DNA from: Candidatus Methylomirabilota bacterium
GTDB lineage: Bacteria > Methylomirabilota > Methylomirabilia > Rokubacteriales > CSP1-6
Direction: 5' to 3'
Length of the DNA stretch: 64,000 nt
Assembly (NCBI GenBank): GCA_035457825.1
Contig: DATIAY010000005.1
Location: forward strand, 2,722 to 66,721
Shown here: piece by piece, positions 24,503 through 32,576 of the stretch
Position numbering within the stretch: the stretch's first letter is position 1
Layout: every line of letters begins with the position of its first letter
Translations under genes and position numbers: made by a program
The notes under the pieces: model-generated
Database searches by the model: none
Told to the model about the DNA's origin: nothing
The model's input: only the letters and a program-made list of their open reading frames with translations

Positions 24503-26593
24503 TTACCCCACACTCGCCAGGGCGAGTTTGCCCCGCCACCGGGCGAGGAGCCCCTGGCGCAGGGCCCGGTGCTCGGAGTCGCGAAGCTCGGGATCGGCGG
24601 CGACCAGAGCGGCGGCCTCGCGTCGTGCCTCTTCGAGCAGGGGTGCGTCCCGGAGGAGGTCGGCCACGCGGAATTGGGGCAGGCCCGACTGCCTCGTACC
24701 GAAGAACTCCCCGGGGCCTCGGAGCTGGAGGTCGACCTCGGCGATACGGAAACCATCCTGGGTGGCCACGATGGCGTCGATGCGCCGGCGGGCTTCCTCG
24801 CTGACGTGGCTGGCGTGCAGCAGGATGCAATAGGATTTCCAGGGACCCCGACCGACACGGCCGCGCAACTGGTGGAGCTGAGACAATCCGAACCGCTCGG
24901 CGTGCTCGATCAGCATGACGGCGGCGTTGGGTACGTCGATGCCCACCTCGATGACGGTGGTGGAGACGAGAATGTGGATCTCGCCGGCCTTGAACCGGCG
25001 CATGATGTCCTCCTTGTCTTCGATGCCCAGGCGCCCGTGCAGGAGGCCCACGCTGAGATCGGGAAAGACGTCGCGGGCGAGATGGTGGGCCATGTCGGTC
25101 GCCGCCTTGAGGTCCACTGCCTCCGACTCCTCGATCAGCGGGTAGACGACGTAGACCTGCCGCCCCTCCTTCACCTGCTCGCCCAGGAAGGCGTAGATCT
25201 CGCCTCGTTTGCTCTCCGTCCGGGCCACCGTCTTCACCGGCCGGCGCCCGGGCGGCAGCTCGTCGAGCACGCTCACGTCGAGGTCGCCGTACAGGGTGAG
25301 GGCCAGTGTGCGCGGAATGGGAGTCGCGGTCATCACCAGGAGGTCCGGATGTTCACCCTTGGCGCGAAGCCGCGCCCGCTGGGCGACACCGAAACGGTGC
25401 TGCTCATCAACGACCGCCAGGCCCAACCGCCGAAACTCCACCGCTTCCTGCACGAGAGCGTGCGTGCCCACCACGCAATCCACCCGCCCCGCCGCGGCCT
25501 CCGCGACGCGGGCCGCGCGCTCCCGCGCCTTCACCGACGAGGTCAACAGCGCGACAGTGACCCCAAGCGGCTCCAGCAGCTGGCGCAGCGTCATGAAGTG
25601 CTGCTCGGCCAGAATCTCGGTCGGGGCCATCACCGCCGCCTGATAGCCAGCCTCCACGGCAGTGAGGACGGCCAGCGCGGCCACCACGGTCTTGCCCGAG
25701 CCTACGTCACCCTGGAGCAACCGATGCATGGGCGCGCGCGCGGCCATGTCACGCCGGATGTCTTCCCATACCCGCTCCTGGGCGCCCGTGAGCGACCAGG
25801 GCAGGCTTGCCCGCAGCCGGGCCACCAGCGCGCCCGGGGGGTCCATTGCAATGCCGGGGGCCCGCGCCGTCCTGGACTTGAGGATGGCCAGCCCGAGCTG
25901 GAGGAAGAGAAAATCATCGAAGGCCAGACGCCGCCGGGCTGCCGCCTGGGCCTCTTCCGTCTTCGGGAAGTGTCCGTCGCGGATGGCGGCGGCCAGGGCC
26001 ACCAGGCGGCGCCGGCGGCGCACCGGCTCGGGCAGGATCTCGGCGACGTCGCTGGCGAAGCGTTCCACCAGGCTCCACATGAGCCGGCGCAGGGGCCGCT
26101 GCGTGAGCCCCTCGGTGGTTGAATAGACGGGGACGAGCCGACCGGTGTGCAGACGATCCTCGTCGTCGTGTTCTACGATCTCGAAATCCGGATGCTGAAG
26201 GGTGGTGGCGCCTCGGTAACGGCCGACGCGACCGTGCAGGACCAGTCGTTGGCCGCGTTTGAGGACCCGCCCCAGGTAGGCGGCTTTGAACCAGCTCGCG
26301 GTCACGAAGCCGCTCTCGTCGCGCAGCACGGCCGAGAAGGGCATCCGGGCGCGCCCGGGCGGAGGCGGGCTGAGCCCCACGATGACCCCGGAGCATGTCT
26401 GGGCCTGGCCCGGCTGGAGCTTTTGGAACGGGGTGAGCCGGGTGCGGTCCTCGTGGCGCAGGGGGATGAAGAAGAGGGCATCCTCCACGGTGTGGAGTCC
26501 CTTCTTGGCCAGCAGCGCCGCCCGTCGAGGCCCGACGCCCTTGAGATACTGCAGCGGCGTGGCCAGGGCGGGGCCTCCCGAAGTTTGCGTCAT
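24503..26593 (-). CDS. recG: ATP-dependent DNA helicase RecG
   Basis: 696 aa. L.YLKGVGPRRAALLAKKG..TVEDAL...P (N-terminal), the wedge domain, GDVGSGKT, the DEQHRFGV box and QLHQLRGRVGRG. Confidence 0.95.
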   Translation of the reverse strand: MTQTSGGPALATPLQYLKGVGPRRAALLAKKGLHTVEDALFFIPLRHEDRTRLTPFQKLQPGQAQTCSGVIVGLSPPPPGRARMPFSAVLRDESGFVTASWFKAAYLGRVLKRGQRLVLHGRVGRYRGATTLQHPDFEIVEHDDEDRLHTGRLVPVYSTTEGLTQRPLRRLMWSLVERFASDVAEILPEPVRRRRRLVALAAAIRDGHFPKTEEAQAAARRRLAFDDFLFLQLGLAILKSRTARAPGIAMDPPGALVARLRASLPWSLTGAQERVWEDIRRDMAARAPMHRLLQGDVGSGKTVVAALAVLTAVEAGYQAAVMAPTEILAEQHFMTLRQLLEPLGVTVALLTSSVKARERAARVAEAAAGRVDCVVGTHALVQEAVEFRRLGLAVVDEQHRFGVAQRARLRAKGEHPDLLVMTATPIPRTLALTLYGDLDVSVLDELPPGRRPVKTVARTESKRGEIYAFLGEQVKEGRQVYVVYPLIEESEAVDLKAATDMAHHLARDVFPDLSVGLLHGRLGIEDKEDIMRRFKAGEIHILVSTTVIEVGIDVPNAAVMLIEHAERFGLSQLHQLRGRVGRGPWKSYCILLHASHVSEEARRRIDAIVATQDGFRIAEVDLQLRGPGEFFGTRQSGLPQFRVADLLRDAPLLEEARREAAALVAADPELRDSEHRALRQGLLARWRGKLALASVG

Positions 26594-26657
26594 CCCGGGG
26601 GCCGTGCTATAAGCAAGGTCCGCCCCACGCGAACCCGTTCATACCGAAGGAGTGAGC

Positions 26658-26849
26658 ATGGCCCAGCGGTGCGACATCTGCGGGAAGGGCCCCGCGGTCG
26701 GAAACAGCATCAGCCACGCCCACAAGCTTACGCGGAGGCGCTGGCTGCCGAACCTGGTCTCGATGCGGGCCCTCGTCGCCGGTAAGCCGCAGCGTCTCCG
26801 CGTTTGCACCCGCTGTCTCAAGGCGGGAAAGGTCACCAAGGCTATTTAA
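26658..26849 (+). CDS. rpmB: 50S ribosomal protein L28
   Basis: [33 protein letters not shown] is the canonical bL28 N-terminus. SD GAAGGAG lies upstream. The track ORF starts 6 nt earlier. Confidence 0.95.
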   Translation: MAQRCDICGKGPAVGNSISHAHKLTRRRWLPNLVSMRALVAGKPQRLRVCTRCLKAGKVTKAI

Positions 26850-26865
26850 GCACCGACGGCACAAC

Positions 26866-26888
26866 GGGAGGGGGCGAAGCCCCCTCCC
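26866..26888. terminator. Perfect 10-bp GC hairpin after rpmB (probable bidirectional terminator with the convergent micro-ORF unit)
   Basis: GGGAGGGGGC-GAA-GCCCCCTCCC lies 17 nt after the rpmB stop, with only a weak T run (CCTTT) after it. A second GC hairpin follows at about 26902-26925. Confidence 0.5.
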
Positions 26889-26937
26889 GGTCCTTTGGCA
26901 AGGTGGGAGGCCGCCACCCCCCACCCGGGGAACGACG

Positions 26938-26976
26938 CTACTTCTTCTTTTTGCCGGCCTTCTTCTTCTTGGCCAT
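26938..26976 (-). CDS. 12-codon poly-lysine micro-ORF 2 (MAKKKKAGKKKK)
   Basis: Minus strand: GAGAGGAGGTGAgaacttaATG GCC AAG AAG AAG AAG GCC GGC AAA AAG AAG AAG TAG. The SD is near-consensus with 7-nt spacing. It is below the ORF-track size cutoff. Confidence 0.35.
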   Translation of the reverse strand: MAKKKKAGKKKK

Positions 26977-27026
26977 TAAGTTCTCACCTCCTCTCGTCGG
27001 GGCATTGCTTCGAGCCGCTGTCGGCT

Positions 27027-27065
27027 CTACTTCTTCTTCTTCTTGGCCGCCTTCTTCTTGGCCAT
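27027..27065 (-). CDS. 12-codon poly-lysine micro-ORF 1 (MAKKKAAKKKKK)
   Basis: Minus strand: GGAAGGGGGGTGAacgcatccATG GCC AAG AAG AAG GCG GCC AAG AAG AAG AAG AAG TAG. It starts 28 nt after the stop of the 349-aa gene. Its stop is immediately followed by the hairpin GAGCCG-ACAG-CGGCTC (27012-27027). Confidence 0.35.
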   Translation of the reverse strand: MAKKKAAKKKKK

Positions 27066-27093
27066 GGATGCGTTCACCCCCCTTCCTTCGCCT

Positions 27094-28143
27094 TCAGTAG
27101 CCCATCGCTTCGCGGCGCAGGTGCTCAGCCTGCTCGACTCCTTTGCGCTCGTAGTGCAGGAGATCGACGTAGAGCTGCGGAAGGCAAACCACCTTGAGGC
27201 CAGCCTTCTCCAGTGCTCCGTGGAAGACGCCGGGATCATAGGGCGTGAGCAGGTGCAGCCCGCCTTCCCCTTCCGTCGTGGACCGCAGCCCGAGGGCGAC
27301 AGCCACGGGGGCGGGATCGCCCTCCAGATAGCAGTGCACGGCCGGGGTCCGCATGTGGGGCGCCACCAGGGAGAGCCCGGCGTTGAGGGAAAAGGCGTAG
27401 CGCTGGCCAGCCGCTGTCGCCGCCCGAGCCACGTCGGCCATGAAGGTGCGGGTGACGCGCGTCGGAACAAAGTAGGAGGAGATCTCGTTCTCGCGATACG
27501 TGTAGGATTCCCCCCAGTTCTCCAGCAGGTCGGCGGGCTTGGCGAGCCGGATGCGTTGCCGATCATCACGGTCGACCCAGGCCAGCTCCTCCAGGCGCTT
27601 GATCACATTGTGGGAGTGGCCGAGACTGACCTCGGCTGCCCGGGCCAACTCCTCCAGCTTCCAGGCGCGTGCCGGGTCGGTAAGGAGGACACGCACGACG
27701 CGGGTGGCCCGGGGGGCAAACAGTGAGCGGAGGGGACGGGTGGACGGCCGGACGTTCCGCTTGCCCTCCTTCTCGATGTGAACGTTCTCCAGGGCGAGAT
27801 AGCAGTTGCCGGACAGGTCGATGTAACCGAGGTTATTGGACTTGAGAATGCGAGCGCTCTGCGGGCCGATGTAGACCGCGGCGGCCATGGGATAGGCCGT
27901 CGGAAGCTCCCTGCGGAGCTCGCTCAGCCTGGTCACCGCCGCCCGAATCTGGCGCGGCTGGCCGAGGGAACACACCTCAAGCACGAGGCAGTGCTCCTGC
28001 TCCCCCAAACGGAAGGTGATCCGCAAGTCCGCGGCCTGATTGCCGGCCCGAACATCCGGCGTCTCCGTCCAGTCCTTCGCCTTTGGGAAGAGCTCGCGGA
28101 GCCGTTGGACCGCCTGCCGTCGAATCTCCCCCGATTTCAGCAT
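27094..28143 (-). CDS. Uncharacterised 349-aa protein with a central winged-HTH; N- and C-terminal domains not confidently assignable
   Basis: Clean 349-aa ORF. The central segment WKLEELARAAEVSLGHSHNVIKRLEELAWVDRD looks like a wHTH. The N-terminal part (..DLRITFRLGEQEHCLVLEVCSLGQP..GYIDLSGNCYL..) is only vaguely nuclease-fold-like. The C-terminal part is vaguely AbiEi-antitoxin-like. Both are weak impressions. Confidence 0.7.
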   Translation of the reverse strand: MLKSGEIRRQAVQRLRELFPKAKDWTETPDVRAGNQAADLRITFRLGEQEHCLVLEVCSLGQPRQIRAAVTRLSELRRELPTAYPMAAAVYIGPQSARILKSNNLGYIDLSGNCYLALENVHIEKEGKRNVRPSTRPLRSLFAPRATRVVRVLLTDPARAWKLEELARAAEVSLGHSHNVIKRLEELAWVDRDDRQRIRLAKPADLLENWGESYTYRENEISSYFVPTRVTRTFMADVARAATAAGQRYAFSLNAGLSLVAPHMRTPAVHCYLEGDPAPVAVALGLRSTTEGEGGLHLLTPYDPGVFHGALEKAGLKVVCLPQLYVDLLHYERKGVEQAEHLRREAMGY

Positions 28144-28162
28144 CTTTCGCTTGCCCCACGCA

Positions 28163-28180
28163 TTTCAGCATCTGCTGAAA
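28163..28180. promoter_or_regulatory. Perfect 8-2-8 palindrome just upstream of the 349-aa gene
   Basis: TTTCAGCA-TC-TGCTGAAA lies 20 nt from the start codon (28143) in an AT-rich spacer. Confidence 0.4.
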
Positions 28181-28301
28181 CCATAAGGACTATTGAAACT
28201 CCCTGTCAAGAGGAAACTTATAGCCCTCTCCTAGAACAGTGGACAGGTCAGACCTGCACCTGGCATCACCGAGTGGGGGTCGCTGGCTCCTGATTGATTC
28301 C

Positions 28302-28327
28302 AAAAAAGAACTATATTGTTCTTTTTT
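28302..28327. promoter_or_regulatory. Perfect 10-6-10 AT-rich palindrome upstream of the HxlR gene
   Basis: AAAAAAGAAC-TATATT-GTTCTTTTTT lies 27 nt upstream of the HxlR ATG. The loop is -10-like (TATATT). It could be an operator or a weak bidirectional terminator-like hairpin. Confidence 0.4.
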
Positions 28328-28353
28328 AGAACTCACCGTACGCTGGGCCCACC

Positions 28354-29028
28354 ATGGCGGACTTCCGGTACCCGCAATTCTGCGCGCTGGCACGGGCGGC
28401 CGAGGTGGTGGGCGAGCGCTGGACGCTGCTGATTCTCCGCGAGCTGCTGCTCGGAGCCAAGCGCTTCACTGACCTGCGAGAGCGACTGGACGGCATCAGC
28501 GCCAGCGTGCTCACGGCTCGGCTGGCGCGCCTGGAAACCGACGGCCTCGTCAGCCGCCGGGTCCTCGATCGGCCAGCCCCGGCCGTAGTCTACGAGCTGA
28601 CCGAAACGGGAGGAGGGCTCGAGCCTGCCGTGCTCGCATTGGCACATTGGGGGGCCCGCTTCCTTGTTCACGCCCGCCCGCGGGAGCGACTCGAGGCCGA
28701 CTGGCTTCGCCTGGCCCTGGCCGCCTGCGCGCGCCGGGAGCCGACTCCCCTGCGCTCGTTTCTCATCCGCATGCGAGACCGGCGGGCCGAGGTCATCCTG
28801 AGAGTGGCCGGCGGGCCGGGCGGTACCACGATCAGCAATCAACTCGAGCCCGCTGACGTCACCCTGAGCGCAGAGCCGTCGACCATCCTGGCCCTGATGA
28901 GCGGGGTCCTGAGCCCCCGGATCGCCGTGCGCGATCGGCGGGTCGAGGTGTCGGGAGACAGCGAAGCCCTCGAGGTATTCCCGGCCCTGTTCGACGCTGC
29001 CGTGACTCGGGGGGAGGCCAACCGCTGA
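28354..29028 (+). CDS. HxlR family transcriptional regulator with C-terminal SCP2-like extension
   Basis: YPQFCALARAAEVVGERWTLLILRELLLGAKRFTDLRERLDGISASVLTARLARLETDGLVSRR..VVYELTE.G is a canonical HxlR wHTH. It carries about 110 extra C-terminal residues. Confidence 0.85.
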   Translation: MADFRYPQFCALARAAEVVGERWTLLILRELLLGAKRFTDLRERLDGISASVLTARLARLETDGLVSRRVLDRPAPAVVYELTETGGGLEPAVLALAHWGARFLVHARPRERLEADWLRLALAACARREPTPLRSFLIRMRDRRAEVILRVAGGPGGTTISNQLEPADVTLSAEPSTILALMSGVLSPRIAVRDRRVEVSGDSEALEVFPALFDAAVTRGEANR

Positions 29029-29038
29029 AACGCCCGGG

Positions 29039-29443
29039 CTAATCTTCCTCGCCGTCCTCGATCTGGTGCATGGTCTCGTCGTCGAGCCCGAAGTAGTGTC
29101 CGATCTCGTGGACGACCGTGTCACGGACCACTTCCGTCATCTCGTCGGGGTCCCGGCAGTCCTCCTCGATTGGACCCTGGTAGATCGTGATGGTGTCGGG
29201 CAGGACGTTGCCGTAGAACGAGTCCCGGCGGGGCAGGTCGACGCCCCGGTAGAGCCCATACAGCGTGTCGGGCGGCTCGATACCCATGTCCGCCAGCGTC
29301 TCGTCGTCGGGCCAGTCCTCCACCACGACAGCGATGTTCGCCAGCTTCTCGCGGAAAGCGCGCGGCAGCCGTCGCAGAGCCCGCTCCACCAGCGCCTCGA
29401 ACTGGACCCGGGTCATCGCGGTGGGCCAGCCGCTATCGCCCAC
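29039..29443 (-). CDS. Metallopeptidase family protein (zincin-like, DUF1025 type)
   Basis: ..FE.LV..AL..LP..F...L.N...VVED.P.. N-terminal pattern, plus the HExxH motif VVHEIGHYFGLDD. The start may be the internal MTRVQF (29416). Confidence 0.75.
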   Translation of the reverse strand: MGDSGWPTAMTRVQFEALVERALRRLPRAFREKLANIAVVVEDWPDDETLADMGIEPPDTLYGLYRGVDLPRRDSFYGNVLPDTITIYQGPIEEDCRDPDEMTEVVRDTVVHEIGHYFGLDDETMHQIEDGEED

Positions 29444-29445
29444 TT

Positions 29446-31590
29446 CTAGAGGCCGCGGACCCGCTCGACGTTGATGACGTCGGGAACATCGCGAATCGCG
29501 GTCATGATCCCCTGGAGCTGGTCCAGGTCGGCCACCTCGACCACGAAGTGATTGATGCCGCGCCGGTCGTCGGTGACCGTCACCTCAGCCTTCGTGATGT
29601 TGCCCTTCTTCGAGGAGATGGCGCCGGTGATCTCGGAAAGCAGGCCGGGGCGGTCACGCCCGATGTAGACGGCGATGCGGACGGGCCGCGTGGCCGGGTC
29701 CTCCACATCCCACTCCACGTTCACCAGGCGCTCGCGGTCCAGCACGCTCTTGGCCACGGTGAGGCAGTCGCGGGCGTGGATGGTGAGTCCGCGTCCCCGG
29801 GTGATGAAGCCGACGATGGCGTCTCCGGGCAGCGGGTTGCAGCACCTGGCGAAGCGGACGAGGAGATCGTCCACGCCCCGGATCCGCACCCCCTGCTCGG
29901 CCTTGGGTCGGGTGGCCGGAGTCACCTTGGGCTTCTCGGGCACCTCCAGCATCGCCGCCGGCGCCAGCTTGTGCAGGATCTGCGGGACCGAGCTCTTGCC
30001 GTACCCGATGGCGGCCAGCATGTCGTCGACGCCCGGGAAACCCAAATCGGCCGCCACCTTCCGGGCCTCCTCTCCGCTCAGCAGGGCGGACCCGTTCACC
30101 CGATACTTCTTGGCCTCTCGCTCGAAGAGCTCGCGCCCCAGGGCAATGGAACGCGTGCGCTCCTCGATCTTGAGCCACTGATTGACCTTGGAGCGCGCCC
30201 GCGAGGACTTGATGATCTGGAGCCAGTCGCGGCTGGGGTGCTGGTTGGGCGAGGTGACGATCTCCACGATGTCGCCCTGCTGGAGCGTGGTGCGTAGCGG
30301 CACCAGCTTGCCGTTGACCTTGGCGCCCACACAGTGCTCCCCCACCTTGGAGTGCACCGCGTAGGCGAAGTCGATGGGGGTGGAGCCCTCGGGCAGCGAT
30401 TTGACGTCGCCCTTGGGGGTGAACACGTACACTTCATCGGGGAAGAGATCGACGCGCACCGTGTCGAGGAACTCCTGGGGGTCCTTCAAGTCCTGCTGGG
30501 TTTCCAGGAGCTGGCGTAGCCACAGCATCGAGTCGTCGAACTTGTCCTTGCCGGTCTTTCGCTCCTTGTACAGCCAGTGGGCGGCGATCCCTTCCTCGGC
30601 GATCCGATGCATGTCCACGGTCCGGATCTGGATCTCCACCGGGTCGCCCTTGGGGCCGATGACCGTCGTGTGGAGCGACTGGTACATGTTGACCTTGGGC
30701 ATCGCAATGAAGTCCTTGAAGCGGCCGGGTACCGGCTTCCACAGGGAGTGGATGACGCCCAGGCCACCGTAGCAGTCCCGGACGGAGTTCGTGATCACCC
30801 GGACAGCAGTGAGATCGTAGATCTCGTCGAACTCCCGGCCCTGGTCGTGCATCTTCTTCCAGATCGAGTAGAAATGCTTGGGGCGCCCGCGGATCTGGGC
30901 CTCGATGCCGACCTCCGAGAGCTTGCGCTCGAGGATGGCGATGGCCTGACCGATCTCGGCCTCCCGCTCCAGCCGCCGCTTGGCCACCCGGCGCTGGAGA
31001 TCGACGTAGGCTTCGGCGTGCAGGGCGCGCAGGGCGAGATCCTCCAGCTCGGCCTTGACCCTGGCCATACCCAGCCGGTGAGCCAGGGGCGCGTAGATGT
31101 CCAGCGTCTCCTGGGCGATCTTGCGGGCCCTGTCGGCAGGCAGGTACTGCAGGGTCCGCATGTTGTGCAGCCGGTCGGCGAGCTTGATCATCAGGACGCG
31201 CAGATCGCGCGCCATGGCCACCAGCATCTTGCGGAAATTCTCGGCCTGACGCTCTTCCCGGGAGGAGAAGGCCAGCTTGCTCAGCTTGGTCACGCCGTCC
31301 ACGAGGTCGGCGATCTCCCGGCCGAACTCCCGCTCCAGGTCACCCTTGGTGGCCTTGGTGTCCTCGAGGACATCGTGGAGGAGGCCGGCGGTGACCGTGA
31401 GGACGTCCATCTTGAAGTCGACGAGGAGGCGGGCCACTTCCAGGGGGTGGGACACGTAGGGCTCGCCGGAGGCGCGCTGCTGGCCACGGTGGAACTGCTC
31501 GGAGAATCGATAGGCGCGGCTCAAGACCTCCAGGTCAGCGCCTGGCTGGTACTTGGGAACCTCCTCCAGCAGCGTCTCGAGTCGGGTCAC
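29446..31590 (-). CDS. relA: Bifunctional (p)ppGpp synthetase/hydrolase RelA/SpoT family
   Basis: 714 aa. HD domain (HPLEVA..L......D..T..AGLLHDVLEDT), synthetase motif (YQSLHTTV), TGS and ACT regions. GTG start. Confidence 0.95.
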   Translation of the reverse strand: MTRLETLLEEVPKYQPGADLEVLSRAYRFSEQFHRGQQRASGEPYVSHPLEVARLLVDFKMDVLTVTAGLLHDVLEDTKATKGDLEREFGREIADLVDGVTKLSKLAFSSREERQAENFRKMLVAMARDLRVLMIKLADRLHNMRTLQYLPADRARKIAQETLDIYAPLAHRLGMARVKAELEDLALRALHAEAYVDLQRRVAKRRLEREAEIGQAIAILERKLSEVGIEAQIRGRPKHFYSIWKKMHDQGREFDEIYDLTAVRVITNSVRDCYGGLGVIHSLWKPVPGRFKDFIAMPKVNMYQSLHTTVIGPKGDPVEIQIRTVDMHRIAEEGIAAHWLYKERKTGKDKFDDSMLWLRQLLETQQDLKDPQEFLDTVRVDLFPDEVYVFTPKGDVKSLPEGSTPIDFAYAVHSKVGEHCVGAKVNGKLVPLRTTLQQGDIVEIVTSPNQHPSRDWLQIIKSSRARSKVNQWLKIEERTRSIALGRELFEREAKKYRVNGSALLSGEEARKVAADLGFPGVDDMLAAIGYGKSSVPQILHKLAPAAMLEVPEKPKVTPATRPKAEQGVRIRGVDDLLVRFARCCNPLPGDAIVGFITRGRGLTIHARDCLTVAKSVLDRERLVNVEWDVEDPATRPVRIAVYIGRDRPGLLSEITGAISSKKGNITKAEVTVTDDRRGINHFVVEVADLDQLQGIMTAIRDVPDVINVERVRGL

Positions 31591-31632
31591 CGCGCATTAA
31601 CCCTTGATTAAACATGTAGTTTTACATGCTCC

Positions 31633-32571
31633 TCAGGCCTTCGCCACCGCTTTTTTCGACCGGCGAATCCTGCTCTCCAGGTACTGCGTCCAGTCCACGA
31701 TCAGGGCGGCGGCGATGTAGATAGTGGAGTAGGTGCCCGCCACCACCCCCACGATCAGCGTGAAGGCGAAATCCTCCAGCACTTTCCCCCCGAAGAGGAA
31801 CAGGACGCCGGCGGCAAACAGCACCGAGAGACCGGTGAGGAGCGTTCGGGACAGCGTCTGGTTGATGGCGGTGTTGATCTGGACCGCGAAGGGTTGTCCC
31901 CGCTGTGAGCCCGCCCGCTTCCGGTTCTCCCGGACGCGGTCGTAGGCCACGATCTTGTCGTTGACCGAATAGCCGATCACGGTCAGCAGCGCGGCCAGCA
32001 CGGGCAGGGAAAACTCCCGGTCGGTGAGGGAGAGCGCGCCGATCGACACCACGACGTCGTGGGTTTGCGCGACGATAGCCGTGATGCCGCCCTTGAGATC
32101 GAAGCGGACGGCCACGTAGATGAGGATCCCGGCCAGGCCGGCCAGCACCGCATACAGCGCCTGCAACTGCAGATCGCGGCCCACCTGCGGCCCCACGAAC
32201 TCCACGCGTCGGATCTCGAACGGTCCCAGACCGGCGTCGCTGGCCAGGGCCTGCTGCACGGTCTTGCCGGGGTCCGTCGCGGCCGCGCCCAGTTTCAGGC
32301 GGATGATGAAGTCCCGGGCCTCCCCGAACTGCTGGATGATGCTGTCCCCCAGACCGACACCGGTGAGCGTCGCGCGGATACGGTCGATGGCGGGGGGCCG
32401 CTCGAAGCGCACCTCCACCAGCGTCCCGCCGGCGAAGTCGATGTCGGTCCGAAGCCCGCCGTGCACGACCAGCGACACGGCTCCCAGCACGATGAACGCT
32501 GCCGATACCAGGTAGGCCCACTTGCGTTTGCCGATGAAATCGTAGTTGGGAGCCCGGAACAGTTCGAGCAT
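31633..32571 (-). CDS. secF: Protein translocase subunit SecF
   Basis: MLELFRAPNYDFIGKRKWAYLVSAAFIVLG... is a typical SecF N-terminus. It sits directly downstream of secD. Confidence 0.95.
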   Translation of the reverse strand: MLELFRAPNYDFIGKRKWAYLVSAAFIVLGAVSLVVHGGLRTDIDFAGGTLVEVRFERPPAIDRIRATLTGVGLGDSIIQQFGEARDFIIRLKLGAAATDPGKTVQQALASDAGLGPFEIRRVEFVGPQVGRDLQLQALYAVLAGLAGILIYVAVRFDLKGGITAIVAQTHDVVVSIGALSLTDREFSLPVLAALLTVIGYSVNDKIVAYDRVRENRKRAGSQRGQPFAVQINTAINQTLSRTLLTGLSVLFAAGVLFLFGGKVLEDFAFTLIVGVVAGTYSTIYIAAALIVDWTQYLESRIRRSKKAVAKA

Positions 32572-32576
32572 CGGCG

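Noticed and set aside
26895-27197. 100-aa plus-strand ORF, and the 180-aa minus ORF at 27027-27569, both spanning the poly-Lys region.
   Set aside because: - The plus ORF translates to Leu/Ser-rich nonsense, being the antisense of the K-runs.
- The 180-aa minus ORF is out of frame with the well-supported 349-aa gene and merely terminates at the micro-ORF stop.
28294-28317. TTGATT ... TATATT, considered as a sigma70 promoter for the HxlR gene.
   Set aside because: The spacing between the two hexamers is only 12 nt, against about 17 expected. The -10-like hexamer is kept only as a note within the palindrome feature.
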